Assembly (NCBI GenBank): GCA_964016885.1
Contig: CAXHJY010001477.1
Span: 62,001-126,000, forward strand
DNA length: 64,000 nucleotides
From: Eledone cirrhosa
Lineage: Eukaryota
Direction: 5' to 3'
Shown here: in pieces, positions 40,601-52,946 of the stretch
How positions within the stretch are numbered: the stretch's first letter is position 1
How the letters are laid out: each line of letters begins with the position of its first letter
The notes under the pieces: model-generated
What the model was told of the DNA's origin: nothing
Seen by the model: the letters and a program-made list of their open reading frames with translations, nothing else
The model's database searches: none
Translations under genes and position numbers: made by a program

Positions 40601-41130
40601 CGATGGACAACTTCCAAAAGTCCCTGGCTTGGCAGTGCTACCGAGGGGCTCTACCCGTTCGAGACAAGCTCCACAGGCATGGGAGCCTGGGTAGAGATCT
40701 TTTGAATAAGATCTGTCCGAGATGCGTGCATGATGACGAAACCGTTGCGCACGCATTCGTACACTGCCCAGGCATTGCTGACCTGTGGGGCTATGTGGAA
40801 CGACTACTGTCGAGGGTGGGACCAATCCGGTTGACCACCGAGTCCATTGTCACGATCAAACCGCCTCCCCCTTTCAAAAACGAAGGAGAGGCGGTTTTTC
40901 TCTGTGTGGTAGCCATGGCTAAAGAAGTTGTATGGTGGACGAGGCTGAAAGGGCTGAGGTCAGACACCTTTCTCTCCGGCCAACAACTGGTCCCCGTTTT
41001 CAAATACCATTTTAAAAGAAGGATCAGAATGGAGAGAGAGGTGCTCTACCCCAGCAAGTTTTATGAAAGGTGGGGGAAAGTAGGGAGAATGGCCAGAGTG
41101 AATGGGTCTTCTCTCTATATCAGCCTGTAG
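37690..41130 (+). pseudogene. Tx1 copy C ORF2, 1146 codons, single in-frame stop at 39823-39825
   Basis: Complete APE (CLNVRG, ICE, VYAP, GDWN, SYLD, SDH), RT (YADD) and C-terminal CCHC. It has TAA where the other copies have GAA. Confidence 0.95.
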
Positions 41131-41365
41131 GTGAAAGAAGAGGAAAAAGAGGAGACGAGGGAAGCACCTACTCTTTGTGCTCCTGAGGAGAAGGGTTACA
41201 CATTTTTTCCGGGGTGTGTGCGACCCATGTTAATGCCCCCTCCCTATTGAGGACTTCGTTTGTTGTTGTTATTTCATTGTTATATTTTTGTACTCGTTAA
41301 TTATATGTAAACTTCCCCCCTTGTATCTGTCCCTACCTTTTGTGCCCTAGTGGCAAATAAAGAAA

Positions 41366-41720
41366 CCACTCTATATATACTATTGTATTTTCACAGTAAT
41401 GTCTTTACCTCACATAATATCTCACATAACATTTACATTACTCTATATATACTATTGTATTTTCACAGTAAAGGCTTTACCTCACATAATATCTCACATA
41501 ACATTTACATTACTCTATATATACTATTGTATTTTCACAGTAAAGTCTTTACCTCACATAAAATCTCACATAGCATTTACATTACTCTATATATACTATT
41601 GTATTTTCACAGTAAAGGCTTTACCTCACATAATATCTCACATAACATTTACATTACTCTATATATACTATTGTATTTTCACAGTAGAGGCTTTACCTCA
41701 CATAATATCTCACATAACAT
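41366..41720. repeat. 72-bp satellite spacer between copies C and D
   Basis: 355 bp, which is 5 x 72 minus 5. Confidence 0.97.
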
Positions 41721-41929
41721 CTCGTATACGAGAGACGTGTGTTGACGTGTGTGAACAAGCTCGGCTACCGAGTTGGATTTACTTACTCAAAAGTGAGTTT
41801 TGATTAATTTTTTATACTGTAATATACGTTAACCCCTTGCCTTGGTCGTCAAACTTTGAGTTTATTTATTTTATCCCCTTTTTGGGGCGAATTTTACACT
41901 TAAAAATTTATTACGGCAAACTAATAGAA

Positions 41930-43655
41930 ATGGACGGAATTTTCACATCTCATCCTAATGAGAAAGCCACGCCCCCTAAGAAAGGTGATACGGAGAAGCT
42001 AGAAGCACAAGGCTCTAAGTCTTCCCTCCTCACTTCTGCAAAAGAAACATGGAACACGGAATTAAAAGAAAAATTTGTAAAAATGGGTGAAAACCCAGAA
42101 AGTCACATAAACGCAGACAAAAACAACAACGACAATAACAGCAATAGTCACAACACCAACCAAGGAAAAAATAACGATAACACCAAACAAAGCGAACCCA
42201 CTACTGGTACCTCCTTTGCACAGGCTGTCCGGAAAACACAGACCTGCAAGCAACTGGACATTACAACTCTAAGAGAAAAGATGAAGGAAGCAAAACAGTA
42301 TGTAACTATCAAAGAAGGAGGAGACTTCACAATCACCTCCCCACAAGAAATCAAAAGAGACACGACACTAACAACGATATCTTTCAGAACAATTTCCAAC
42401 AAAACAAGGAAAACAGCTCAATTATCCCCAAAAGAAAATGAGCTGGTCCTAAAAAATGTGTGGAGTGATATATCGTTCATACAAAAAGGGCCACTCTATG
42501 GGAATATAACGGTGCTAATGAAGGATCAATTGACGGCCAGGAAATACTATGAGGTGCCAATTGTTTCAAAGCTACACACATTTTTCCCCACATATTTAGG
42601 GAAAAGAACGCAGAAAATAAGAGTCTCCGGAATCCGGCCAAATGCATGCATTTCCTGGGTACTAACAGGATTTTTAGAAGACGAGGACGGAATCCTCTCA
42701 GTAGGAGAAGTCACCACAGACGTTTTCGGCGGTTTGAGCTTGGAGGTTCTGGTCCAAATGAGACCAGAACGAATAGCTAGAATACCACAGAGGGTGTCCC
42801 TCGATGGAGAAACATTTATATACATTTCAGCCAAGGGTAGGAGGCCCATATGTTACTACTGTTCAAGCAGGGGTCATCTAAGGGCTGCCTGTCCTCAATT
42901 GACAAAAAAAGGCTCTTTTGCCTACACCCCACACACCACCACCGCCACCACCTCCACCACCACCACCACCACAACAACAAAAACAACACGGAAAAACAAC
43001 ACAAGACACGGCCCTACCCAAAACAACTCCCAAAACACACACAAACACAACAAAACCCCAAAATACACCACTACCCGACAGCACGGACGAGGACCCAGCT
43101 GAAACGGCACCTATTGACGAAGAGGGGGGACCCTTCCAACCTGTAAAAAGGAAAAAAAGAAAGCACCACTCGAACATAAACGAAACAAACACACAACCAC
43201 CAACAAAAACAAAACAAACAGAACAAACAAAATCCGCCCCACCCCAAAACATAACACATACAACAAAACGTAAGCACACACAAGAACAACAAACAAACAC
43301 AACACAAATAAAACAGTATACATACATTAACACAAATAACAAAGAACTAGTAAAAACAATACACAAAGACCCTTCGGTGGAAACTGAAGGGCAATTCTTT
43401 GCAAGCACGGCCAACAAACCGCATTTAAAAATGATAAGACTCCCAATGGACACCTATGCAAAACTAAGAGTGAACTTTCCTGAGGACGTGGGGAAAACAT
43501 GTACTCGACCCTATAACCGCGTCCTCTTGAAACGTTTCCCCACCCACACCTCACCAGACACCACCACTACACCACAGAACAACACCCCACCAAACAACCC
43601 CTCCAATACGCCCATGGATATTGTGCAACATGCTCCTCAGGAGCCGAACAGGTAG
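41930..43655 (+). pseudogene. Tx1 copy D ORF1
   Basis: Full N-terminal region and zinc knuckle. The frame breaks at the A7 run near 42904-42910. Confidence 0.88.
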
Positions 43656-43676
43656 GTCCTTCCTCTTTTAACCAAC

Positions 43677-46600
43677 ATGGCTGATATAAGAGTTGGGTGT
43701 CTGAATGTACGTGGCCTGGGACTGTCTTGGAAACAAGGCAAACTTTTAAACGATCTCAGGTCGCATAGAATGGATGTAATGGCTATTTGCGAGTCCAGGA
43801 TCAGCAGCGAGCACCAACTGGCGCCCCTCTTCGACGACTTTGAGATCTTCGCATCTCTCTGTCAACCGGGGGGTGGGGGTGGAGTTGTCGTTCTGCTGCG
43901 AAAACACCTGGTCCTCGCCATACAGAAGGTGCACCTGGATTCGGAGGGTCGACTGGTGGTTTTAGACGTCGGCAGTAGTGAAAGTGGAGCCCTTAGACTA
44001 ATTGCTGTGTACGCCCCTTTTTGGGCAGCGCGGCCGGAATACTTCCAACGTCTGGAAACTTTTCTGGGAACATCCCGCTCCTTGCTTTTAGTGGGGGACT
44101 GGAATGGTATCCTGGATGCACGTTGGGACTATGTAGGGGCATGTGCCAATAGAGGGGGGGGGGGGTGTAAAAGCCTCAAAAGGTTAATCGGCCGATTTGA
44201 CCTGGCCGATAGATATCGACTAGATTTTCCGACTGTACCACTATGGACGTGGACCAATCGCAGTGGAACATCTAGGTCGTACCTAGATAGGGTCCTAGTT
44301 AGAGAGAAGGATAGGGACACATTTAGCTGTCCAAAAATGTTCATGGTTGACTATTCGGATTACAAGTTAGTGACCTGCATAGCCAACCTTGATAGAACCC
44401 ATACCCCGGTTACTGGAAGCTGAACTTGTCCTTACCGAGAAGCAAAGCTTACAGTAAACGGATTAGCACGTTAGTTAAGCAGAGTTTGACAGGGGCAATT
44501 GTCAACAACAGGTGGTGGAGCTCTCTTAAGAGAGCAATTAGAATAGAATCGATAGGTTTTAGTCAGGAATTAGCAAGGGATAGGAACAAGACGGAAAGGG
44601 AATTAGTAGATAGAGTAGAAGAGGCGATTAGGAGTGGAAATGTAGCCGGCGTGCTGGCATCAAGAATGGCCTTAGACCAGTTCTTTGAGGTGAAGCATGA
44701 AGGCTGCGTTGTCAGGAGTAAAATACGTGCTCTGGGTAATGAGGGAGCCAAAGCTGTGAGCTGGGCCCGAGTGACAGAGGCAAAAAGTGTGAACAAGTCC
44801 ACGATTCGGTCTTTGAAGGACCGGGATGGGTGTGTGATCCTTGAACCTGGGCAGATGTGTGCGACCTTTCAGCGGCATTTTGCACGACTGTTCGAGAGGG
44901 GCGGTGCGCCGGGTGAGACTATGGATTTCAATCCATACCTCGACGGTCTGCCGCGCATCTCGGACGCGGAGTCCTGCGAAAGGCCGATTTCAGCTGCTGA
45001 GATAGGGGCGGCGCTGAGCCAATGCGGCAAACGCAAATCCCCGGGTCTCGATGGTCTACCATACGAGCTATATGTAGCGATGCCGGACTTGTTCTCCGAT
45101 ATCCTCGAAGCGGTCTACTGCAACTGGCAGCAGAACGGGAGAATTCCCAGTTCTGTGACCAAGGGCGTAGTTACGCTGGTGAGGAAGGATGAGAACAAGG
45201 GGGATGACATAAGTAACTTCAGGCCCATAACTCTGCTAAATACAGAGTTAAAGATTTTGGCCAAGGTGTTAGCGAAGAGGTTGGCGCTTGTCGTTGGAAA
45301 CCTGGTGGGAGAAGCGCAGACATGCGCAATCCCGTCCAGGTCCATTCACGACAATCTCCACCTTATGCGATACATCATAGAGAGGGTAGGGAATGAACCC
45401 GGCTTTGGTGGGGCCCTGATCAACTTGGATCAATCTAAAGCTTTCGATAGGGTTGACCATCGTTACCTGGATGCGGTGCTCGCGGCGGCAGGCTTCGGAC
45501 CCGTTTTCAGGGGTTGGATTGCTGCGATGCACAGCAGCAACGTCTGCTCAAGGGTCAAGGTGAACGGCCACCTCTCGGAGCCGTTACAAATCATGCGATC
45601 CATCCGACAGGAATGCCCTCTCTCCTCCCTTCTGTATGTGCTGGATCTTGAGCCACTACTGCGGAAGTTGGAGAGGTTGCAGGGCATCTTTGGAACCGGG
45701 ATTGCAGAAAGCGGCGTCGGCCTACGCCGATAACGTGACAGTAATGGTGTCGAAAACCTCGCAAATCGGTGAAATCGGCACCTTACTGGAGGAATATGAA
45801 AGGTTTACAGGAGCCTAGCTGAACCGTGACAAGTCCATCGGTTTGCAACTCGGAACATGGAGAGGCAAACCGATGCCCTCCAATGACGTCGTCGGACGCT
45901 GGACGGAGGGCCCGGTGAAGCTGCTTGGGGTCTGGTTCGGACCAGACCTCCAGGTGGAGAAAAACTGGAACGAGGTAACGGCCAGGGTGTTTGCACTCAC
46001 CCAGAGGTGGGCCCAGTGGAAACTATCCCTGAAAGGTCGAGCGGAGGTGGCGAATACTTATATAGCATCCGTCATCTACTACCGCTTGACCGTCGTGCCT
46101 TGCCCAGTGAAAAGACTCGCCAAAATGCAGTGCGCGCTGTTCCAATTTCTTTGGAACAAGCGGACCCCTTTGGTGAGGAGATCCATCTGCTGTCAACACC
46201 CTTCGAAAGGAGGGCTGGGGATGCCGTGGCTACAGATGCGTAAACACGCATTAAGGCTACGGCACCTCCAGGTATTCCTCACCGGTCAACCGGTGTGGGC
46301 CCCGTTTGTGAGGCGAGCCTTTCCCAGACTCGTCTCGCTCACCGAGCTGCAATCCTGGGTCAAGCAAAGACCGAGAAAAGTGGGCGACTGGCACATTGAA
46401 TGTGCCCAGGCGCTCACGGCCCTCTGGAAAGCGGACCCGGCAATCAGTGGAGACTCCACCTCGACATTCTATAGAGGGTTGGTACGCAGCAGGTGCGACG
46501 ATGCTCTCGGAGAAGCTCTAAGCATGGAGGAAGATGAACTGGCCAGTCTGTTCGGTAGGACGTTTGGCCCTGGACCGATGGACAACTTCCAAAAGTCCCT

Positions 46601-47105
46601 GGCTTGGCAGTGCTACCGAGGGGCTCTACCCGTTCGACATAAGCTCCACAGGCATATGAGCTTGGGTAGGGATCCTTTGAATAAGATCTGTCTGAGATGC
46701 GTGCATGACGACGAAACCGTTGCGCACGCATTCGTACACTGCCCAGGCATTGCTGACCTGTGGTGCTATGTGGAACGACTACTGTCGAGGGTGGGACCAA
46801 TCCGGTTGACCACCGAGTCCATTGTCACGATCAAACCGCCTCCCCCTTTCAAAAACGAAGGAGAGGCGGTTTTTCTCTGTGTGATAGCCATGGCTAAAGA
46901 AGTTGTATGGTGGACGAGGCTGAAAGGGCTGAGGTCAGACACCTTTCTCTCCGGCCAACAACTGGTCCCTTTTTTCAAATACCATTTGAAAAGAAGGATC
47001 AGAATGGAGAGAGAGGTGCTCTACCCCAGCAAGTTTTATGAAAGGTGGGTGAAAGTAGGGAGAATGGCCAGAGTGAATGGGTCTTCTCTCTATATCAGCC
47101 TGTAG
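43677..47105 (+). pseudogene. Tx1 copy D ORF2, disrupted
   Basis: Net 7-bp deletion near 44404, 2-bp deletion near 45688, YADN in place of YADD, TAG at 45816-45818. Confidence 0.92.
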
Positions 47106-47340
47106 GTGAAAGAAGAGGGAAAAGAGGAGACGAGGGAAGCACCTACTCTTTGTGCTCCTGAGGAGAAGGGTTGCACATTTTTTCCGGGGTGTGTGCGACC
47201 CATGTTAATGCCCCCTCCCTATTGAGGACTTCGTTTGTTGTTGTTATTTCATTGTTATATTTTTGTACTCGCTAATTATATGTAAACTTCCCCCCTTGTA
47301 TCTGTCCCTACTTTATGTGCCCTAGTGGCAAATAAAGAAA

Positions 47341-47766
47341 TCACTCTATATATACTATTGTATTTTCACAGTAATGTCTTTACCTCACATAATATCTCAC
47401 ATAACATTTACATTACTCTATATATACTATCGTATTTTTACAGTAAAGGCTTTACCTCACATAATATCTCACATAACATTTACATTACTCTATATATACT
47501 ATTGTATTTTTACAGTAAAGGCTTTACCTCACATAATATCTCACATAACATTTACATTACTCTATATATACTATTGTATTTTCACAGTAAAGGCTTTACC
47601 TCACATATCTCACATAACATTTACATTACTCTATATATACTATTGTATTTTCACAGTAAAGGCTTTACATCACAATATCTCACATAACATTTACATTACT
47701 CTATATATACTATTGTATTTTCACAGTAAAGGCTTTACCTCACACAGCATTTACATTACTCTATAT
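47341..47766. repeat. 72-bp satellite array, ~6 units
   Basis: Same unit. Ends at TTACTCTATAT|, where RTE 3' sequence begins. Confidence 0.96.
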
Positions 47767-47950
47767 TACTCCCAGTTCCACACTGTAAACATGGTTAGTG
47801 TTAGGAAGGGCATCCAGCCATAAAAACCTGCCAGACAGTCCTATAGAAGCGAGACATGGTCACCTGACCAATCTTGCCTCAAGTGGGACAACTCCCGTCT
47901 AACCCATGCTAGCGTGGAAGATGGACGTTAAACGAAGATGATGATGATGA
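47767..47950 (+). mobile_element. Short RTE 3'-end fragment or RTE-tailed SINE
   Basis: CTCCCAG..CACTGTAAA..TGTTAGGAAGGGCATCCAG...GGACGTTAAACGAAGATGATGATGATGA. Confidence 0.88.
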
Positions 47951-50341
47951 CAAATTCAAAAGCTTATTACTTGATACCTTGACAATAAGGAAGAGCAATT
48001 AGAGACGTGCAATATAGAGGAACAGTGGCAATTCTTGAAAGCAAACCTGCTGAAGGCGACAGATGAAGTCTGTGGCTGGAGCAGACCTATTGGCAGGAGG
48101 AGAGTAATGTGGTGGTGGAACAGTAAGGTGGAGGAGACAATCAAGGCCAAAAAGCAGGTTTGGAAAGTATGGCAGGATGGGGTAATTAGAGAGAACTATC
48201 AAGTGGCCAAGAGAGAAGCTAAGAGACAAGTGTACCTTACAAAAAGGGAAGCAGATGATAGAAAGTTCAAGCGTGTTCTACAACGTGAGGACCAAAAACG
48301 TGAGGTGTTCAGGATTGCAAGACAATGTGTCAAGGAAAACCGTGATATTGTCGGGGGGAAGTGTGTCCTTAATGATAACGGTGTACTTGCCCTCACTGAT
48401 ACTGATAAGAAGATATCCTGGAAGTGTCACTATGAGAGACTATTAAATGAGGAGAATAAGTGGGAAAAAGATAGTCTGCCCCAAATCGATCCAATAGAAG
48501 GACAAGCAGTGCAAGTTAAAGGTAGTATAATAAGTAAGGTAATCAAAGATATGAAGACAGGCAAGGCAGCTGGGCCTTCGGAGATAGTTGCTGAGATGTT
48601 GAAGGCATCTGGAATGGTGGGACACACTATGGTCATCCGTATAGTTAACCAGGTAATAGAGAATGGGGTCATACCGAAAGACTGGCGTAGCAGCATCATC
48701 ATTAACTGCTACAAGGGTAAATGGGATGCTCTTGATAGGGGAAACTATAGAGGCATTAAGTTAGTTGACCAGGTCATGAAGGTCACAGAAAAAGTAATAG
48801 CGCAACTAATCAGAGAGCGAATTGATCTAGATGAAATGCAGTTTGGTTTGTGTCAGGTAAAAGTACCACAGATACTCTTTTCCTTGTACGACAACTACAG
48901 GAGAAAGTACCTAGCTAAAAGTAAAGTCCTATACTTAGCTTTTGTTGACTTGGAGAAAGCCTTTGACAGAGTCCTCCGCTCCATTATCTGGTGGGTTCTT
49001 AGAAAACTAGGTGTAGATGAATGGCTTGTGAGAGCCATACAAGCCATGTATAAAGAAACAGTCAGCAAGGTTAGAATTAACAACGAATATAGTGAAAAAT
49101 TTAGCATAAAAGTTGGTGTCCATCAGGGCTCTGTCCTTAGCCCCCTCCTAGTTATTATTGCCCTTCAAGCTATAACAGAGGAGTTCAAGACCAGCTGCCC
49201 ATGAGAACTTCTCTATGCAGATGATCTAACACTCATAGCTGAATCAATGGCTGAACTAGAGAAGAAATTCCAAACATGGAAGCATGGCCTAGAATCAAAT
49301 GGCCTTAAAGTTAACTTGCGCCCACAGGATACTAGCTCCATCTATTGCCAAGATGGCTCTATAGAAATAGTGGACATCTTCCGTTACCTGGGTGACAAAA
49401 TCAGCAGTGGTGGAGGGTGCTCAGAAAGTACAGTAGCTAGAGTCAGAACGGGATTGAAAAAGTTCAGAGAGCTTATACCACTATTGGCCGCTAAATGTTT
49501 CTCTCTAAAAATGAAAGGCAGGCTGTATGATGCCTGCATACGAACAGCAATGTTGCATGGCAGTGAGACCTGGGCATTGTGTGCAGAGGATATACGCAGA
49601 CTGGAGAGAAACGAAGCTTGCATGCTCCGCTGGATGTGTAATAGTAATATATGTGAACGGCAAAGTATAAACGAACTAAGGGAAAAATTAGAAATAAGAG
49701 GGATCAGATGTTGTTTACTCGAGAGAAGACTACGTTGGTATGGTCACGTGATGCGCATGAAAGACGACAGCTGTATAAAAAAGTGCAGGGCGATCAATAT
49801 AGATGGAAGTTACGGAGTAGGTAGACCCAGAAAAACTTGGGGCGATTTGATAAATTCTGACCTTACACACTTACACCTCTCCAAGACAATGTCACTGGAC
49901 CGAGACCTTTGGCGCTACGCAGTAATACAGAAGACCCGCCTTGCCTATGTACAAAGTGAAACCTACAGTCAGTAGGCACCTCTTAATCAAAAATACACCT
50001 CCCTCCCACTACCCTAACTCCCCCACCCCCATCAACACCATCCCTTTCTCTGTAAAGTTATGTTGGTACCACAACATCCAGTCCTAAATAAATGAGGTCG
50101 TGTAGGTGTCATGACAAAAACAACACACAGTCCAAGCTGTAATGTGACCGTGTAGGCAACACGGTAAAAACCTCCCAGACCCACACTGTAAATGTGGTTG
50201 GTGTTAGGAAGGGCATCCAACTGTAGAAAACCCGCCAGACAGTCCTATGCGAGCAAGACAACCACTCTTGCCTCAAGTAGGAAAATTCCCGTCCAAACCC
50301 ATGCAAGCGTGGAATGTGGACGTTAAACGATGATGATGATG

Positions 50342-50343
<2 letters not shown>
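47951..50343 (+). mobile_element. RTE-clade LINE, 5'-truncated, PHD segment deleted
   Basis: Homologous to about 10678-13265. ORF pieces at 48035-49204 and 49247-49975. The (GAT)n tail abuts (TA)n. Confidence 0.93.

Positions 50344-50428
<85 letters not shown>
50344..50428. repeat. (TA)n microsatellite
   Basis: Direct reading. Confidence 0.95.
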
Positions 50429-50430
<2 letters not shown>

Positions 50431-50444
50431 TTATCATCATCATA

Positions 50445-50632
50445 GGCGGTGAATTGGCAGTATCGGTAGAGGGTTGGATGCCATGCTTTCCAGCATAGTT
50501 ACGTCCCTTTACGATCTGAGTTCAAATTCCGCCGAGGTTAACTTTGCTTTTCATCCTTACGGGGTCGGTAAAATAAAGTACCAGTAATGCACTGGGTAAT
50601 TGCTGGCCTTGTGCCTAAAGTAGAAACAATTA
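50445..50632 (+). mobile_element. tRNA-derived SINE
   Basis: GGCGGTG start, A-box-like TGGCAGTATCGG, B box GTTCAAATTCC, conserved GCTTTTCATCCTTACGGGGTCGGTAAAATAAAGTACC. Three full copies occur in the window. Confidence 0.88.
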
Positions 50633-50740
50633 TCATCATCATAACTGTTTTACATCTGTTCTTCCACGCTAGCATGGGTTAGATGGGTTGTCCTGTTGTG
50701 GGCAGTGTCCAGTCGGCTGACCATGCCTTGCCCATACAGG
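50633..50740 (-). mobile_element. Degraded RTE-type 3' end on the minus strand
   Basis: TCATCATCAT..CTTCCACGCTAGCATGGGTTAGATGGG is the reverse complement of the tail at 47895-47950. Confidence 0.75.
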
Positions 50741-50741
50741 A

Positions 50742-52835
50742 ACTGCAGTATCCCCCAAAACAGAAAAACTACTATCAGAAAAATAAAAAGAACAAACATA
50801 AAAAATAACACACTAAAATACTGCCAACAGCAACACACACATTCGATGGCTATCACCCTGCTTGAGTCAAATAAATATAACCTCCAGCAATGCATGATGA
50901 CCATCATCAATAATCAGAGAATAACTGAAGAGAGGTGAGCCATTGCGAAAACCACACTCAACCCCAAAGTGTTCTTCTCATTTGCTAAAAAACACAAGGT
51001 CACTGTCTCCACTGTTGGCCCCCTAGTTGATGAAAATGGCACTCACCAGGACAATGCCAAAACCATGGGCGAGATACTACAGAAACAATACTGCTCTGTT
51101 TTCAGCAACCCTGATATGGCCGATCTGGGCCGTATCAGTGATATTAATCCCCAACACACTATATTGGACATAACGTTTGGCGCCCCTGATGTCTTAGCGG
51201 CAATAAACGAAATTAAACACAATTCAGCAGTAGGCCCCGACAGGTTCCCTGCTTGTGTCCTGAAGGCGTGTCGACACCAACTTGCATCTCCTCTTGCTAA
51301 TCTGTGGAGGACTCATTGGACACTGGCTATATTCCTGAAAACTTTCTGTCCCAGTCTGTTGTCCCAGTCTTCAAAAAGGGAAATAAGTCCCTTGCAGTGA
51401 ACTACCGTCCGATCTCACTCAACTCTCATATTATCAAGGTATTTGAGAGGGTGGTCAGATCACGGATAACCCACTTTCTTGAAAGCAACGGCCTGCTGAA
51501 CTCCAACCAACATGGGTTCCGTAATGGAAGAGACTGCCTAATGCAGCTCCTGCATCACTTTGACAATGTTTTGAGAGCCTTGGGAGAGGGCTCCAACACT
51601 GATGTCATCTACCTTGATTTCAGCAAGGCCTTCGACAGGGTTGATCATAAGATTCTACTGAAAAATCTATCCAATGTTGGTGTCTCTGGAAAGTTACTAC
51701 AGTGGATCAAATGTTTCCTGACAGACAGAGCCCAGCATGTTGTAGTCGAAGGAGTAAAATCAAGCCCTGCCAAAGTCAGCTGTGGCGTCCCACAAGGCAC
51801 TGTGTTGGGCCCATTTCTTTTCATCATCTAATTAATGACATTACTGACATCATCAAGCACAGCAACATAAGAATCTTTACAGATCGTTCCAAGCTCCAAA
51901 GGGTCATCAATGAGGTGGGTGACCGGACTTGCCTACAGTCAGACCTACTGGCTGTTATCCAATGGGCAGAAAAGAACAATAGGCTGTTGAATGAGGATAA
52001 GTTTGAATTAATCCACTTTGGAAAAGAGGATGCCCTGAAACTCCCATACTCTCTTCCTTCAGGTAAAACTCTAGTGGCATCCAATAACATCAGAGACTTG
52101 GGAGTAATTGTGGACAACAACATAAGCTGGGCCACTCATATAAACACCAAAGTTGACATGGCCTGCAGAATGTGTTCCTCAATTCTCAGAACTTTTCAGT
52201 CGAGAGATATCCACACTGTTATCCTTCTCTTCTCCACTTTTGCCCGACCCCACCTTGAATACTGTTGTCCACTCTGGTCTCCCGACACGAAAGAAAGTAA
52301 CATGACAGTTGAAGCACCCCAAAGATCGATTACAAAAAAGATAGATGGCATGACAGGCCTTGACTATTGGAGTCGATTAGAAAAGCTCAACCTTTATTCT
52401 CTCCAACGTCGCCGTGAGCGCTACATTATCTGCATGATGTGGAAAATATTCCATCAGCTTTGCCCAAATGATGTTGGCATCACCTTTAATGTACACCCAA
52501 GGCTTGGGACCCGTGCTATCCGCCCACGACAAAAATCTCACACGCATCACATAACAACAATACAGCACAATCATTTCACCTCAATTGGCCCTGCACTCTT
52601 TAACATTACACCAAAACACATCAAAACAGAAACAGACCCCATCAAGTTCAAGAAGTCTTTGGATAAATTCCTTCTAGAAATCCCGGACAAGCCTCCTACA
52701 CCTGGATATGCCTCCGTAAACAATAACTCTCTGCTCGAGTGGGCCATGGTGCCCAAATCCTGATTTGAAAGACTTTGCCAGGTGGTGCTATTAAGTTAGA
52801 CATGGCCTGGGCCAAAACCTATCAAAGTTATCAAA
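50742..52835 (+). mobile_element. CR1-clade LINE, 5'-truncated ORF2 (RT) with 3' tail
   Basis: NPKVFFSF, GPD, NYRPISL, NQHGFR, YLDFSKAFD, GVPQGTVLGP, DLGV, RPHLEYC and SLQRRRER. Ends CCTATCAAAGTTATCAAA, then (TA)n. Confidence 0.92.
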
Positions 52836-52946
52836 TTATATATTTATACATATATATATATATATATATTTATACATATTTATATACATATGTATTTATA
52901 CATATTTATATACATATTTATATACATATGTATTTATATATATATA
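52836..52946. repeat. Degenerate (TA)n
   Basis: Direct reading. Confidence 0.9.

Larger units (their letters stand above)
35913..41365 (+). mobile_element. L1/Tx1-clade LINE, copy C (most intact ORF2)
   Basis: Same 5' and 3' termini as the other copies. ORF1 has an in-frame 195-bp deletion and ORF2 has one nonsense change. Confidence 0.95.
41721..47340 (+). mobile_element. L1/Tx1-clade LINE, copy D (full length, ~5.6 kb)
   Basis: Same termini as the other copies. No large deletions, several small lesions. Confidence 0.95.

Noticed and set aside
1-47340. Telomere-maintaining retrotransposon array (HeT-A/TART or SART/TRAS-like)
   Set aside because: Copies are co-oriented, but no TTAGGG or TTAGG repeats are present and the arrays are internal.
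49310-49330. PHD deletion in the RTE as a spliced GC-AG intron
   Set aside because: The deleted segment starts GCTAAG and ends AAG, but the donor is poor, there is no polypyrimidine tract, and it is a single observation.
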